From the NCBI GenBank assembly GCA_964481825.1, contig CAYZUE010000002.1, positions 1 to 53,851 on the forward strand: a DNA stretch of 53,851 nt, in the 5' to 3' direction. Origin of the DNA: Candidatus Hydrothermarchaeota archaeon (GTDB lineage Archaea; Hydrothermarchaeota; Hydrothermarchaeia; Hydrothermarchaeales; JALUUU01). Positions 19,419-28,286 of this stretch are shown here, piece by piece. A program made the position numbers and the translations under genes. Position 1 is the first letter of the stretch. Each line of letters opens with the position of its first letter. The notes below the pieces were generated by a model, which was not told the origin of the DNA, did no database searches, and saw nothing but the letters and a program-made list of their open reading frames with translations.

Positions 19419-19744
19419 TTTCCTTTCTTATAAAACCGTATTGTAAAATATATTAGGTTTGTTATAAAAATTGGTACGAAGAACTTTTCAATGAAGTTAT
19501 AAAGAGAAACTGTATAAGAATTGCCAAATATTTTGGTTAAAATGATAATTAAGATTCTATAAAATATATCAACATTCTTTATATAATCTTGATAAAAATT
19601 GATATACTTGCTTACCATGAAATCTGCGAATATTATATGAAAAACTGTAATTTGGGCAACCGTTAAAATTATTGCCATTCCCAAAATCTCTAAAATAACT
19701 CCGATTTTTCCCGGATTATATTTTTTTATATCATCAAAATTCAT
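19415..19744 (-). CDS. small hypothetical membrane protein
   Basis: 109 aa with about 3 hydrophobic helices. 4-nt overlap with the downstream gene. Confidence 0.4.
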   Translation of the reverse strand: MNFDDIKKYNPGKIGVILEILGMAIILTVAQITVFHIIFADFMVSKYINFYQDYIKNVDIFYRILIIILTKIFGNSYTVSLYNFIEKFFVPIFITNLIYFTIRFYKKGK

Positions 19745-19796
19745 ATCAATCAGGTTGGTAACCTTTAGAGATTAAAAATCTTTCGATAAGTATTTT

Positions 19797-21809
19797 ATGA
19801 ATTGGGAGAGAAATCTGAATAGTAAAATGAACAGAATTAATAAAGAAATAGTTCTAATCATAGGAATCCTATTATTAGCCTTAACAATTCGCCTTTTCAC
19901 TTATGGATATGAATATCTCCTAGGAGTAGACCCTTTTCATCATTACAGAATTGTTGAACATATTGTTGAAACAGGCGAATTCCCCAATAGATGGCATCTT
20001 TCCCGTTATCCTGATGGAGAGCTCATAGTTCAACCAATGGGACTTTATTATCTATCAGTGTTGATTTACAAGCCCCTGAGTATTTTAGGATTCTCTTTAA
20101 TTGATATATTCAAATTAACTACCCCCATTTTTGGTGTTTTAACATTAATACCAGTTTACTTTATCACAAAGGAAGTATTTGATAAAAAATCTGCGTTATA
20201 TGCTGTTTTAATTCTATCTTTTATACCTGCCTTTACCTATCGAACTATGGCAGGATTTTATAGGGGAGAAACTTTCTTCATTTTTTTTATGGTAACGGGA
20301 TTATACTTCTACATTAAATCGCTTGAAAACCCTAAATGGAGTATTATTGCAGGTTTAGCATTTGGTCTTATGGGACTAGTGTGGAACGGTTTTATTTTTG
20401 GATTTGTGGTTCTTTCACTGGCACTTATTCTATATTCTAGTCTAGCTTATATTAAAGGAGAGAATAAAAAAAATGCAATTATAAGCTACCTGATTTCGAT
20501 AACATTGGGAGTTGTCATAATCCAATATCTTATAATGATTCAAGGGCATCATGGAGGATGGTACCTACCTGACGTAATAAGATATATAATACCTACAACT
20601 ATTGCATTTAGTGGATTTATTTTAATTTTAGGATACATACGTCCTCATTTATCAGTTCAATTAAGAGTTTTGATTTTGTCAGGATTATCTGCCATTGGAT
20701 TATTATCCGCATTTTACTTTCTTCCAGAAATAGTGGAAAAACTAATTTTAGGTTATGGAATGGTAAAGGAAACTGATCCATTTCTCCAGACAATTGGAGA
20801 ATTACAATCACCGTCAATTGAAGAATTGTGGCGTTATTTTTTTATTACATCTGTTTTGTTCTTAGGTGGTATTATTGTAATTATTCGTGAACAAAAAGTG
20901 AAATCCATTATTATTACTGCATGGGCATTAGCTGGGATATACGTACTTACTGGCGGTTTCAGATATATGTTACTAGGTGGGATTCCTATTGCTATTATAG
21001 CTGCTTCCTTTCTTAATTCAATAGATAATAATAAATTAAAAATCATACCCACTGGAGTACTATTATTATTGATAATTTTTACGGGAATTCAATTTGCTAC
21101 AGAAAATAAGCCAATAATGAGTGATGAATGGCATGATAGCTTAATCTTCTTAGAAAGCCAAGAAGAAGGGCCAGTTTTAACCTGGTGGGACTACGGTTCA
21201 TGGGTTCAGGGAGTTACTGGTTTCCCAACTATTACTGATACTGTACACGGGCAAGACATTAATCGAATACGAGAGACTGCTAACTTATTATTAGAAACAA
21301 ATGGAACTGTAATCCAGAAAACCATAAAAAAATACGGTATTAAATACGTTATTGTTGATGTTAATATGATAGGTCAAATGCACAATATAAACAAGATTTT
21401 AGGTACTGAACATCAATTTCCCCTGCATGTTTATAATGGAAAAAAACATGTTTATGGTATCAGTGCCGATGATTATTCCGATTTTTTAGTAGTTAGTGCA
21501 ATAAATGAAAAAATTGTATTTTTAAAAAAAGAGAATAATATTCAAGCTGTAAAACATGTTTACTGGAGGGAATCTGGTATATTAAAACATGTAGAACATG
21601 GGAATATTCCAACATTTGAAGGTGGGATCTACATTCCAGAAAAAGGATTTACTACTCACTTCCCCGATGACGATTTCATAATTTATATTTCACCTGATTT
21701 GGAAGAATCGCTACTAACTTCATTACTATTCCTTGATGGTAAGGGATTTAATAATTATATCCAGATATTTAAAAATTCCCAGATTAGGATTTATAAGATT
21801 GTAAACTAA
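19797..21809 (+). CDS. aglB: archaeal oligosaccharyltransferase AglB (STT3 family)
   Basis: 670 aa. Multi-TM N-terminal half and the invariant WWDYGSW motif in the C-terminal half. Start could also be the MNRINKE at 19827. Confidence 0.85.
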   Translation: MNWERNLNSKMNRINKEIVLIIGILLLALTIRLFTYGYEYLLGVDPFHHYRIVEHIVETGEFPNRWHLSRYPDGELIVQPMGLYYLSVLIYKPLSILGFSLIDIFKLTTPIFGVLTLIPVYFITKEVFDKKSALYAVLILSFIPAFTYRTMAGFYRGETFFIFFMVTGLYFYIKSLENPKWSIIAGLAFGLMGLVWNGFIFGFVVLSLALILYSSLAYIKGENKKNAIISYLISITLGVVIIQYLIMIQGHHGGWYLPDVIRYIIPTTIAFSGFILILGYIRPHLSVQLRVLILSGLSAIGLLSAFYFLPEIVEKLILGYGMVKETDPFLQTIGELQSPSIEELWRYFFITSVLFLGGIIVIIREQKVKSIIITAWALAGIYVLTGGFRYMLLGGIPIAIIAASFLNSIDNNKLKIIPTGVLLLLIIFTGIQFATENKPIMSDEWHDSLIFLESQEEGPVLTWWDYGSWVQGVTGFPTITDTVHGQDINRIRETANLLLETNGTVIQKTIKKYGIKYVIVDVNMIGQMHNINKILGTEHQFPLHVYNGKKHVYGISADDYSDFLVVSAINEKIVFLKKENNIQAVKHVYWRESGILKHVEHGNIPTFEGGIYIPEKGFTTHFPDDDFIIYISPDLEESLLTSLLFLDGKGFNNYIQIFKNSQIRIYKIVN

Positions 21810-21957
21810 AAACCTAGATTCTAATTACATGCTATCCTAATGAAATGTTCAATCTAAAGTTGTAAGTGGGGTATAAATGGGGTATAGAATACTAATCTTA
21901 TCTAAAGTTTAAATTATTTTATAATAAAACCTATTTTCATCTAAGACTAATAGTAAT

Positions 21958-22000
21958 AAAAAAAAAATAAAAAAAAAAGTGAGAAAGCCGATTGGCTTTC
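21958..22000 (-). terminator. hairpin plus long oligo-T tract downstream of the S-layer gene
   Basis: On the minus strand, the GAAAGCC-AATC-GGCTTTC stem-loop (21983-22000) starts at the last base of the TAG stop. It is followed by TCAC and an ~20-nt T-rich run (plus-strand A-run 21958-21978). Confidence 0.5.
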
Positions 22001-24603
22001 TAAAGTGCGTCGGCCAGAGCCTGAGCTGCTGCTGCAGTTTCAGTTCTGGTTGCTCCAGCTACGATTATACTACTATAACCATCTGCTGGTGCGCCTGCAA
22101 CTACTTCAATATCACCGTCACTTGATGCCCATCCAACTGAGGATGAACCTGCAGTAACTAGACTTGCTACTAGACTGTTTGCGACGGGTCCACCAACGAG
22201 TACCTGATTTATACTGCTGGATGCATCGTCGTCAGTAACTATGTCTAAGGTAGGTGCAACAGTTCCTGATGTTCCTGCCTGTGTTGCTGTGACAGTAGTA
22301 CTTATGAAGCTACTGTATGCAGACAAGGTACTTAACATCTTCGTACCGCTAGCAATTGTAACTTCTTTACTACGTCTTAGCTGCATCACTTTACTGTTCT
22401 TCCAAGTAAGAGTGTACTCTGTGCCTGGCACATCAACAGTACCGTCAAGGGTTAACTGGATATTGTCATCCGTAAACCACAATCCACCTTGTTTAAAGGT
22501 TGGACTGGAAAAGTCCTGATCATAGTACGCTTTATCATAACCTAGAACATCGCTCTGTGCGTCAGAAATTGCGAATACGTCATCGTTTGCAACCGCCCAA
22601 AGGTACATTGTTGTACCAGTAGTTGAGGATACATCCGTAGCGTTGACGTAGATACTATAGTCGCTTGCAAAACTTGCTGCACTAATACCCGCAGATATAT
22701 CTGCTAGTTTAGTCCCGGTGAATGAATACTGTTGCTCAATCTCATTCCCGTTAATAAAGTAGATAGTTCCTCCACCAGACGTGTTATAATACGCCAGCTT
22801 TCTAGTTCCATCAAGAATAACTGCATTAGCTGCAAAATTTTGACTTACACTAGCCAAGGTAACTCTCTTTGTAGGACCAATCTTAATCTCCTTATCACTC
22901 GTCAAACCAGTAACTGTGTAGCGTACACCTTTCACCTTGAAAGTGTTACCCACAGTCAACCTATGACCACTACTATCGATACTGAAAGCATTGTCCATAA
23001 CGGTTGAAAAGTTATATGCCCATTGTACAGAGCCGGCAGAACCATCAACAAGATACATGTCACTATAGAGATCATAGTCACTGGTGTCAGTCATGTCACC
23101 ATCAGCGTTGCCATCAATACGTACATATCCTGTCTTCCCTTTGTTGACCTGAATCATTTGACCATCAAAGTTTATACTGGTATTCGTGCACGTACTTCCG
23201 GTACATGTAGTACTTACCGTTGTGGAAGCAATATTAGGATCTGTTTGTATCAGGTGTCCAGTTGTATTTGTCCAATTCAAATCCCATCCACTGTCATCCC
23301 AAGAAGCAGTACTATAGGTTATATCTATATCCCCACCACTATTTTTAGGGGTTATACCTGCTTTCAAGAAACCACTATAAGATGCCAAGGTGCTCGCCAA
23401 AGCTGTACCGCTAGCAACTGTAACTTCTTTACTACGTCTTAGCTGCATCGCTTTACTGTTCTTCCAAGTAAGAGTGTACTCTGTGCCTGGCACATCAACA
23501 GTACCGTCAAGGGTTAACTGGATATTGTCATCCGTAAACCACAATCCACCTTGTTTAAAGGTTGGACTGGAAAAGTCCTGATCATAGTACGCTTTATCAT
23601 AACCTAGAACATCGCTCTGTGCGTCAGAAATTGCGAATACGTCATCGTTTGCAACCGCCCAAAGGTACATTGTTGTACCAGTAGTTGAGGATACATCCGT
23701 AGCGTTGACGTAGATACTATAGTCGCTTGCAAAACTTGCTGCACTAATACCCGCAGATATATCTGCTAGTTTAGTCCCGGTGAATGAATACTGTTGCTCA
23801 ATCTCATTCCCGTTAATAAAGTAGATAGTTCCTCCACCAGACGTGTTATAATACGCCAGCTTTCTAGTTCCATCAAGAATAACTGCATTAGCTGCAAAAT
23901 TTTGACTTACACTAGCCAAGGTAACTCTCTTTGTAGGACCAATCTTAATCTCCTTATCACTCGTCAAACCAGTAACTGTGTAGCGTACACCTTTCACCTT
24001 GAAAGTGTTACCCACAGTCAACCTATGACCACTACTATCGATACTGAAAGCATTGTCCATAACGGTTGAAAAGTTATATGCCATCTGGATAGAGCCGGCA
24101 GAACCATCAACCACATAGGCACTGCTGTATATATCATAGTCACTGGTGTCAGTTACATCACCATCACCGTTTCCATCAATACGGATATAACCACTTTTCA
24201 TCTTGGAAACGTCCATAACCGCCCCATCGTAAGGTGCGCCTGAAATAACAGGATCCGTATTTGGAGTAGCTCCTGCTACTGTCCAATTCGAATTGTTCGT
24301 ATATATGGTGGATGCACTGTCGTCCCATAATGCGCTAGAGTACGCTAGATCTATGTCGTCGCCTGCTGATGTAGAAGTAAGCTCTGAATTTGCTGCGTCT
24401 GCTATAATCTGTGCGCTTGCTTCATCTGCTGTTTTTCCTGGAGCATCACTGCCTACAACAAGCTGCGCTTTAGCAACGCCATCTTCTGCAAGCATTGATG
24501 AGGAAAAATCAGATGGAACATTAACTGCCGCTGCCATGCCTAAAGTGGACCCAACAAATAACGCTCCACTAGCGATGGCACCAACCTTTTTAAGATTTAC
24601 CAT
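22000..24603 (-). CDS. S-layer (surface-layer) glycoprotein with internally duplicated ~354-aa module
   Basis: 867 aa. Signal-like N-terminus MVNLKKVGAIASGALFVGSTLGMAAAV and C-terminal VLVGGPVANSLV...AGATRTETAAAAQALADAL resemble Methanococcales-type S-layer N- and C-terminal domains. The protein is Thr/Ser/Asp/Gly rich. I count 11 N-x-S/T sequons. GGAGGT lies 8 nt upstream of the ATG. Visibly higher G+C than its surroundings. Confidence 0.8.
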   Translation of the reverse strand: MVNLKKVGAIASGALFVGSTLGMAAAVNVPSDFSSSMLAEDGVAKAQLVVGSDAPGKTADEASAQIIADAANSELTSTSAGDDIDLAYSSALWDDSASTIYTNNSNWTVAGATPNTDPVISGAPYDGAVMDVSKMKSGYIRIDGNGDGDVTDTSDYDIYSSAYVVDGSAGSIQMAYNFSTVMDNAFSIDSSGHRLTVGNTFKVKGVRYTVTGLTSDKEIKIGPTKRVTLASVSQNFAANAVILDGTRKLAYYNTSGGGTIYFINGNEIEQQYSFTGTKLADISAGISAASFASDYSIYVNATDVSSTTGTTMYLWAVANDDVFAISDAQSDVLGYDKAYYDQDFSSPTFKQGGLWFTDDNIQLTLDGTVDVPGTEYTLTWKNSKAMQLRRSKEVTVASGTALASTLASYSGFLKAGITPKNSGGDIDITYSTASWDDSGWDLNWTNTTGHLIQTDPNIASTTVSTTCTGSTCTNTSINFDGQMIQVNKGKTGYVRIDGNADGDMTDTSDYDLYSDMYLVDGSAGSVQWAYNFSTVMDNAFSIDSSGHRLTVGNTFKVKGVRYTVTGLTSDKEIKIGPTKRVTLASVSQNFAANAVILDGTRKLAYYNTSGGGTIYFINGNEIEQQYSFTGTKLADISAGISAASFASDYSIYVNATDVSSTTGTTMYLWAVANDDVFAISDAQSDVLGYDKAYYDQDFSSPTFKQGGLWFTDDNIQLTLDGTVDVPGTEYTLTWKNSKVMQLRRSKEVTIASGTKMLSTLSAYSSFISTTVTATQAGTSGTVAPTLDIVTDDDASSSINQVLVGGPVANSLVASLVTAGSSSVGWASSDGDIEVVAGAPADGYSSIIVAGATRTETAAAAQALADAL
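22389..23020. repeat. 632-bp block 100% identical to 23451..24082 (intragenic, period 1062 bp)
   Basis: Line-by-line comparison found no difference. Identical shadow ORFs in the track (22732..23007 = 23794..24069) confirm it. The flanks on both sides are diverged copies of the same module. Confidence 0.9.
23451..24082. repeat. 632-bp block 100% identical to 22389..23020
   Basis: See the partner repeat. Confidence 0.9.
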
Positions 24604-24667
24604 ATCATTTAACCTCCATTTTTTAAAATTATCTTTCTTATTTACCTTTTTTTTGCCATTTCCCTGG

Positions 24668-24684
24668 TATATATATCTTTCGAT
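24668..24684 (-). promoter_or_regulatory. candidate BRE/TATA promoter of the S-layer gene
   Basis: The minus strand reads TCGAAAG-ATATATATA about 65-80 nt upstream of the ATG. This would give a ~40-nt leader carrying the GGAGGT Shine-Dalgarno. Confidence 0.4.
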
Positions 24685-25137
24685 TTACTAGATTTAATTA
24701 GGGAAATAAACATGCTTCTTCAGTCCTTAAACCTGTCAAACATATAAATACCTTCCTACTAAAAAAAATATTTGGACAATTCTATAGCTGCAAAATCGCT
24801 TTAATGACTAAAAAATACAGTATATCCCTTATTTAATCAATAATTTGGTACACTATATATATAATGGTAGTGAAATTTTTAATTAAAATTCATGATAAAA
24901 TTAGAAGATACTAAAAATATTTATTTTATCAATACTTGATTGCATGTTTTTATTAACAGATATGTGATACTCCTCTTCCCACTAATTTTTATTTTAATTG
25001 GGGAGAGTTATAACATAATTTATTATGCAATATCTCAGCAAATTATTTAACATAGTTTATTTGTGGTTGCATACTAATGGTACTATGATTATAATAGAAA
25101 AAATTTAACACATTTTAAACTAGAGAGATTAGATAAG

Positions 25138-25791
25138 ATGAAATATGATAGACTTGTAACCTTTGCCATACCTACAGTCGGCAAAATTGACCCAAAATTC
25201 ATGATAAACATGCTTATTGTAATTGATCAACTTCCAACAGGATCTAGCTGGCGGGTGAGAATAACGGATCAAGATCGAACTACGGGAAAAGTTTTGGATG
25301 TTGCTACAGCAAGAGAGACTCTTGTAAAAGAAGTTCTAAAAGAAGATAAATCTAAATATATTATGTTCATTGATAGTGACGTTTTTCTTCCTCCCAGAGG
25401 ATTTGCTTATTTACAACAAAGTAAAAAACCTATGATAACGGGGATATATTGGACCAAGTCTAAACCTCCTGAGCCGGTAATTTATCAAGATCTGCATATG
25501 GGGCCATATCTTGATTTCCCAAAGCAATCTTTATTCGAACTTGATGCAGCTGGTATGGGTTGCTGTTTAATAGATACCGATGTATTCCGCAAGATCCCAA
25601 GACCTTGGTTCGACTATAAAATAGAAAAAGACCAAGAACTCCTAAAGGTTGGGGAAGATTTTTTCTTTTTTATTAAAGCTAAAAAATATGGTTACCCCCT
25701 CTGGTGCAACAGCAATGTACTGTGTACTCACTTAAAGGAAGAGATACCTCAGAAATTTTACCCAAATGGAAAACCTGAGATTTCACCCTAA
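25138..25791 (+). CDS. small GT-A-like glycosyltransferase (paralog of 16690..17340)
   Basis: 217 aa. FIDSDV (DxD), GMGCCLIDTDVFRKIPRPWF and GEDFFFFIKAKK. Divergent from the S-layer gene. Confidence 0.55.
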   Translation: MKYDRLVTFAIPTVGKIDPKFMINMLIVIDQLPTGSSWRVRITDQDRTTGKVLDVATARETLVKEVLKEDKSKYIMFIDSDVFLPPRGFAYLQQSKKPMITGIYWTKSKPPEPVIYQDLHMGPYLDFPKQSLFELDAAGMGCCLIDTDVFRKIPRPWFDYKIEKDQELLKVGEDFFFFIKAKKYGYPLWCNSNVLCTHLKEEIPQKFYPNGKPEISP

Positions 25792-25798
25792 AAGGAAA

Positions 25799-26560
25799 TT
25801 ATTGCATCTGGATTTTATGTGCAGCTTCGAAAAATGTTCCTGCCAAATCGAGTCCAATGTCTTGTAGTTGAAGGATATCTATCTGAATTGAATCGGGCTC
25901 TAACAATTCAATAAGTATAGGTCTATGTTTAACTGCAATGTCAAAGAGAGTTTTAGGTTCATAGATGAATGCCTCAATACCAACTAAGCCATTAAATTCT
26001 TGACCCTTAATCATCTCCTTTGTTTTGATTTTATTTACGAGAATATCATCCTTAACTATATTAACAAAATCCTTCATTACTTTCTGCCTTGTTGACCCTT
26101 CACCTTCCACAATTATTTTAACTCGCAATGCTCCAAGATCAATAAGATCCTCAATTTCTGCTTCGCTAAGCCCAATATCTTCTTGTACGTTTTCCTCAGT
26201 TGAAAATTGGAAATTGATATTATGCTTTTCAAAAAATTCGTTTGTTATATCTACTACTTTCATCACAGCTCCTAGAAACTCCTTCTTTTCTAAGATAAGC
26301 TTTTTAGGGTTTGAAATCTCTATAGCTGATGGACCATATTTAATTGCTATCAAGAGAAAAGTGGAAAAGTCTTTGAAATTAATGTTCACAACAACAACTG
26401 ATGAATAAAGTTTATTTTCTTCAGTTAAATCATCAAAGTGCTCTTCACCAACTTCAACTCCCTCTTCAGATTTCAACTGTTTGATTAATCCTTTAAGGGA
26501 TTTTTCAACTGCTTCATCAGAATTCCCCTGCGCTTCGATATAAAAAACTCCACTAATCAT
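25799..26560 (-). CDS. acidic hypothetical protein with two copies of one ~105-aa domain
   Basis: 253 aa. The N-terminal half (VFYIEAQGNSDEAVEK...IKYGPSAIEISNPKKL) and the C-terminal half (RVKIIVEGEGSTRQK...VKHRPILIELLEPDSI) align by eye. Confidence 0.5.
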   Translation of the reverse strand: MISGVFYIEAQGNSDEAVEKSLKGLIKQLKSEEGVEVGEEHFDDLTEENKLYSSVVVVNINFKDFSTFLLIAIKYGPSAIEISNPKKLILEKKEFLGAVMKVVDITNEFFEKHNINFQFSTEENVQEDIGLSEAEIEDLIDLGALRVKIIVEGEGSTRQKVMKDFVNIVKDDILVNKIKTKEMIKGQEFNGLVGIEAFIYEPKTLFDIAVKHRPILIELLEPDSIQIDILQLQDIGLDLAGTFFEAAHKIQMQ

Positions 26561-26574
26561 ATTGCAAAGTCTTT

Positions 26575-27267
26575 TTATCGTGATTTAAATATATTATCTA
26601 AGAAAAGATTCATCAAATTTGATATCTCTTTAACATGTGTTTTACGAGATAAAATTTCGTCTGAAGTTTGTGTGTATTTTCCTGCAATCATATCCTCACT
26701 ACAATTTTTTATCAAAAGTTCTATGCTCTCAATAGTTGAGTCAAGATGAAATTGTAAACCGACAACTTTATTATTATATTCAAATGCTTGATTTTTACAC
26801 CCATCAGTTTCAGCTAATTTTTTACACCCTGGAGGAAGTTTAAATGTGTCCCCATGCCAATGAAACGCCATAAATCTTTGAGGTAATTTGCAAATAGACG
26901 ATGATGACGCATCAGGTGTTATTGAAACTGGATGCCACCCAATTTCTAAATGGGCATTTTTAAAAACTCTACTGCCAAGTACATCGCTAATAAGTTGAGC
27001 ACCAAGACATATGCCTAATACTACTTTATTATTGGAAATTGCGTTCATAATGAATTTTTTCTCATTGATAAGCCAAGGATATTTTTTTTCGTCGTAGACA
27101 TTCATAGGCCCTCCCAAGATGATCAGCCAATCAAAATCTGCAAGGTGGGGTAGTTTATCGTTATTGAACAATAGCGTCCTAGAGATAATATGGTTATTTT
27201 CTATTGCCCAATTTTCAATATTTCCCAAGCCTTCAAAGGAAACATGTTGCAGATAATGAAGTCTCAT
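26575..27267 (-). CDS. class I glutamine amidotransferase-like protein
   Basis: 230 aa. Nucleophile-elbow GICLGAQL and FHWHGDTF. GMP-synthase-type GATase1 domain only. Confidence 0.8.
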   Translation of the reverse strand: MRLHYLQHVSFEGLGNIENWAIENNHIISRTLLFNNDKLPHLADFDWLIILGGPMNVYDEKKYPWLINEKKFIMNAISNNKVVLGICLGAQLISDVLGSRVFKNAHLEIGWHPVSITPDASSSSICKLPQRFMAFHWHGDTFKLPPGCKKLAETDGCKNQAFEYNNKVVGLQFHLDSTIESIELLIKNCSEDMIAGKYTQTSDEILSRKTHVKEISNLMNLFLDNIFKSR

Positions 27268-27385
27268 TATATTTTTACCTATTTTTTTTCTTTAGTATAT
27301 CACTAGCATAAAGATTAGTAACAAGGTTTATGGAGACTATTTGTAGTTATTCTATCTAAATAATTTTATATCCTAACATCCTTCT

Positions 27386-27502
27386 TTAGAATAAGTTTTA
27401 AATATTTATAAGAAAAAAATATTAGTTAATGAAAAATAAAATAATGATTACAATAAAAGATGTTAGAAACGACCTTATGGCCAAAGGAGAAGATAGTGAA
27501 TT
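27386..27502 (+). repeat. direct repeat R1 (~87% identical to R2 at 28171..28286)
   Basis: tagaataagttttaaatatttataag...ttagttaATGAAAAATAAA...ATAAAAGATGTTAGAAACGACCTTATGGC...TGAATT. About 15 differences including one 1-nt indel, counted by eye. Confidence 0.8.
27395..27410 (+). promoter_or_regulatory. candidate TATA element (copy 1), would give a leaderless or near-leaderless transcript
   Basis: ttttaaatatttataa ends 19 nt upstream of the ATG at 27429. An identical element lies upstream of the Nfu-like gene. Confidence 0.35.
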
Positions 27503-27554
27503 CTTCTCTATTTTTCAGATGACGCCAGATATGAAGAGGTTGTTCTTTTTTTGA
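27429..27554 (+). pseudogene. 5' fragment of an Nfu-like gene (41 codons, then frame diverges to a stop)
   Basis: MKNKIMITIKDVRNDLMAKGEDSEF... parallels MKNKVEIAIKDVRNDLMAKGGDIEF... of the intact gene at 28213, then reads FSIFQMTPDMKRLFFF-stop. Ends 9 nt before the DUF2284-like start. It could alternatively be a functional leader peptide. Confidence 0.5.
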
Positions 27555-27563
27555 TGTGATAGT

Positions 27564-28178
27564 ATGGGTGTTAGCAGTACCGATAATGGGGAAAGACTAG
27601 TTAAGCTGGCTCTTGATAGCGGTGCTAATGCTGCTAAGATTATTGATGCAAGCTGTGTGGTATTGGATCATCGTATCAGGATGAAATGCCAAATACCTCT
27701 GTGCAGTGGTTATAATTCTAATCTGACATGCCCTCCTTTTACTCTTGAGGTAGACGAATTTGCAAAGTCGCTTGAGATGTATCGAAGCGCGATTATTTTG
27801 CAGGTGGAGGCTGATGTAAATTCCCTTCCAAAGTCTGATAAGAAAATAGGTGAAGAGGACTACGAAGAGATTTATCATGTACATTGTAAACATGATAAGT
27901 TCAAGGAAACACTTCATAATATAGTTACTCTAGTTGAATCAGAAGCCTTTAAATCAGGGTATTATCTGGCCATTGGTCTAGGAGGGGGAAGATGTAGGCT
28001 GTGTAGTGTGTGTGTCATTCAGGAGGGGAAAAAAGTATGCCGGCATCCTTTTTCTGCGAGACCTCCTATTGAGGCTCTTGGTATAGATGTGAAGAGAACA
28101 TGCGAAAATGCGGGACTGGAGTTGAATTTGTCATCCAGAGAGAACGTCAAGTGGACAGGTATAGTGCTACTAGAATAA
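27564..28178 (+). CDS. Cys-rich predicted metal-binding protein (DUF2284-like)
   Basis: 204 aa. Cysteines occur in MKCQIPLC, CPPF, CRLCSVC and CRHPF contexts. The family name is from memory of DUF2284. Its stop codon lies inside repeat R2. Confidence 0.5.
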   Translation: MGVSSTDNGERLVKLALDSGANAAKIIDASCVVLDHRIRMKCQIPLCSGYNSNLTCPPFTLEVDEFAKSLEMYRSAIILQVEADVNSLPKSDKKIGEEDYEEIYHVHCKHDKFKETLHNIVTLVESEAFKSGYYLAIGLGGGRCRLCSVCVIQEGKKVCRHPFSARPPIEALGIDVKRTCENAGLELNLSSRENVKWTGIVLLE

Positions 28179-28286
28179 GTTTTAAATATTTATAAGAAAA
28201 AGTTATTAGTTAATGAAAAATAAAGTAGAAATCGCCATAAAAGATGTTAGAAACGACCTTATGGCAAAAGGAGGGGACATTGAATT
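28171..28286 (+). repeat. direct repeat R2 (partner of 27386..27502)
   Basis: See R1. Confidence 0.8.
28180..28195 (+). promoter_or_regulatory. candidate TATA element (copy 2) for the Nfu-like gene
   Basis: ttttaaatatttataa ends 18 nt upstream of the ATG at 28213. Confidence 0.35.

Noticed and set aside
22732-24069. Identical 91-aa ORFs (22732..23007 and 23794..24069) that at first glance look like two copies of a small mobile gene.
   Set aside because: They are antisense shadows of the duplicated S-layer module. There are no terminal inverted repeats or transposase motifs.
24973-25007. 8-bp stem (CTCTTCCC...GGGGAGAG, one G-U pair) with a 19-nt AT loop in the S-layer/GT-A divergent spacer. 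Possible small RNA or terminator.
   Set aside because: There is no following T-tract and no second structural element. An isolated hairpin in a 530-bp AT-rich spacer is not enough evidence.
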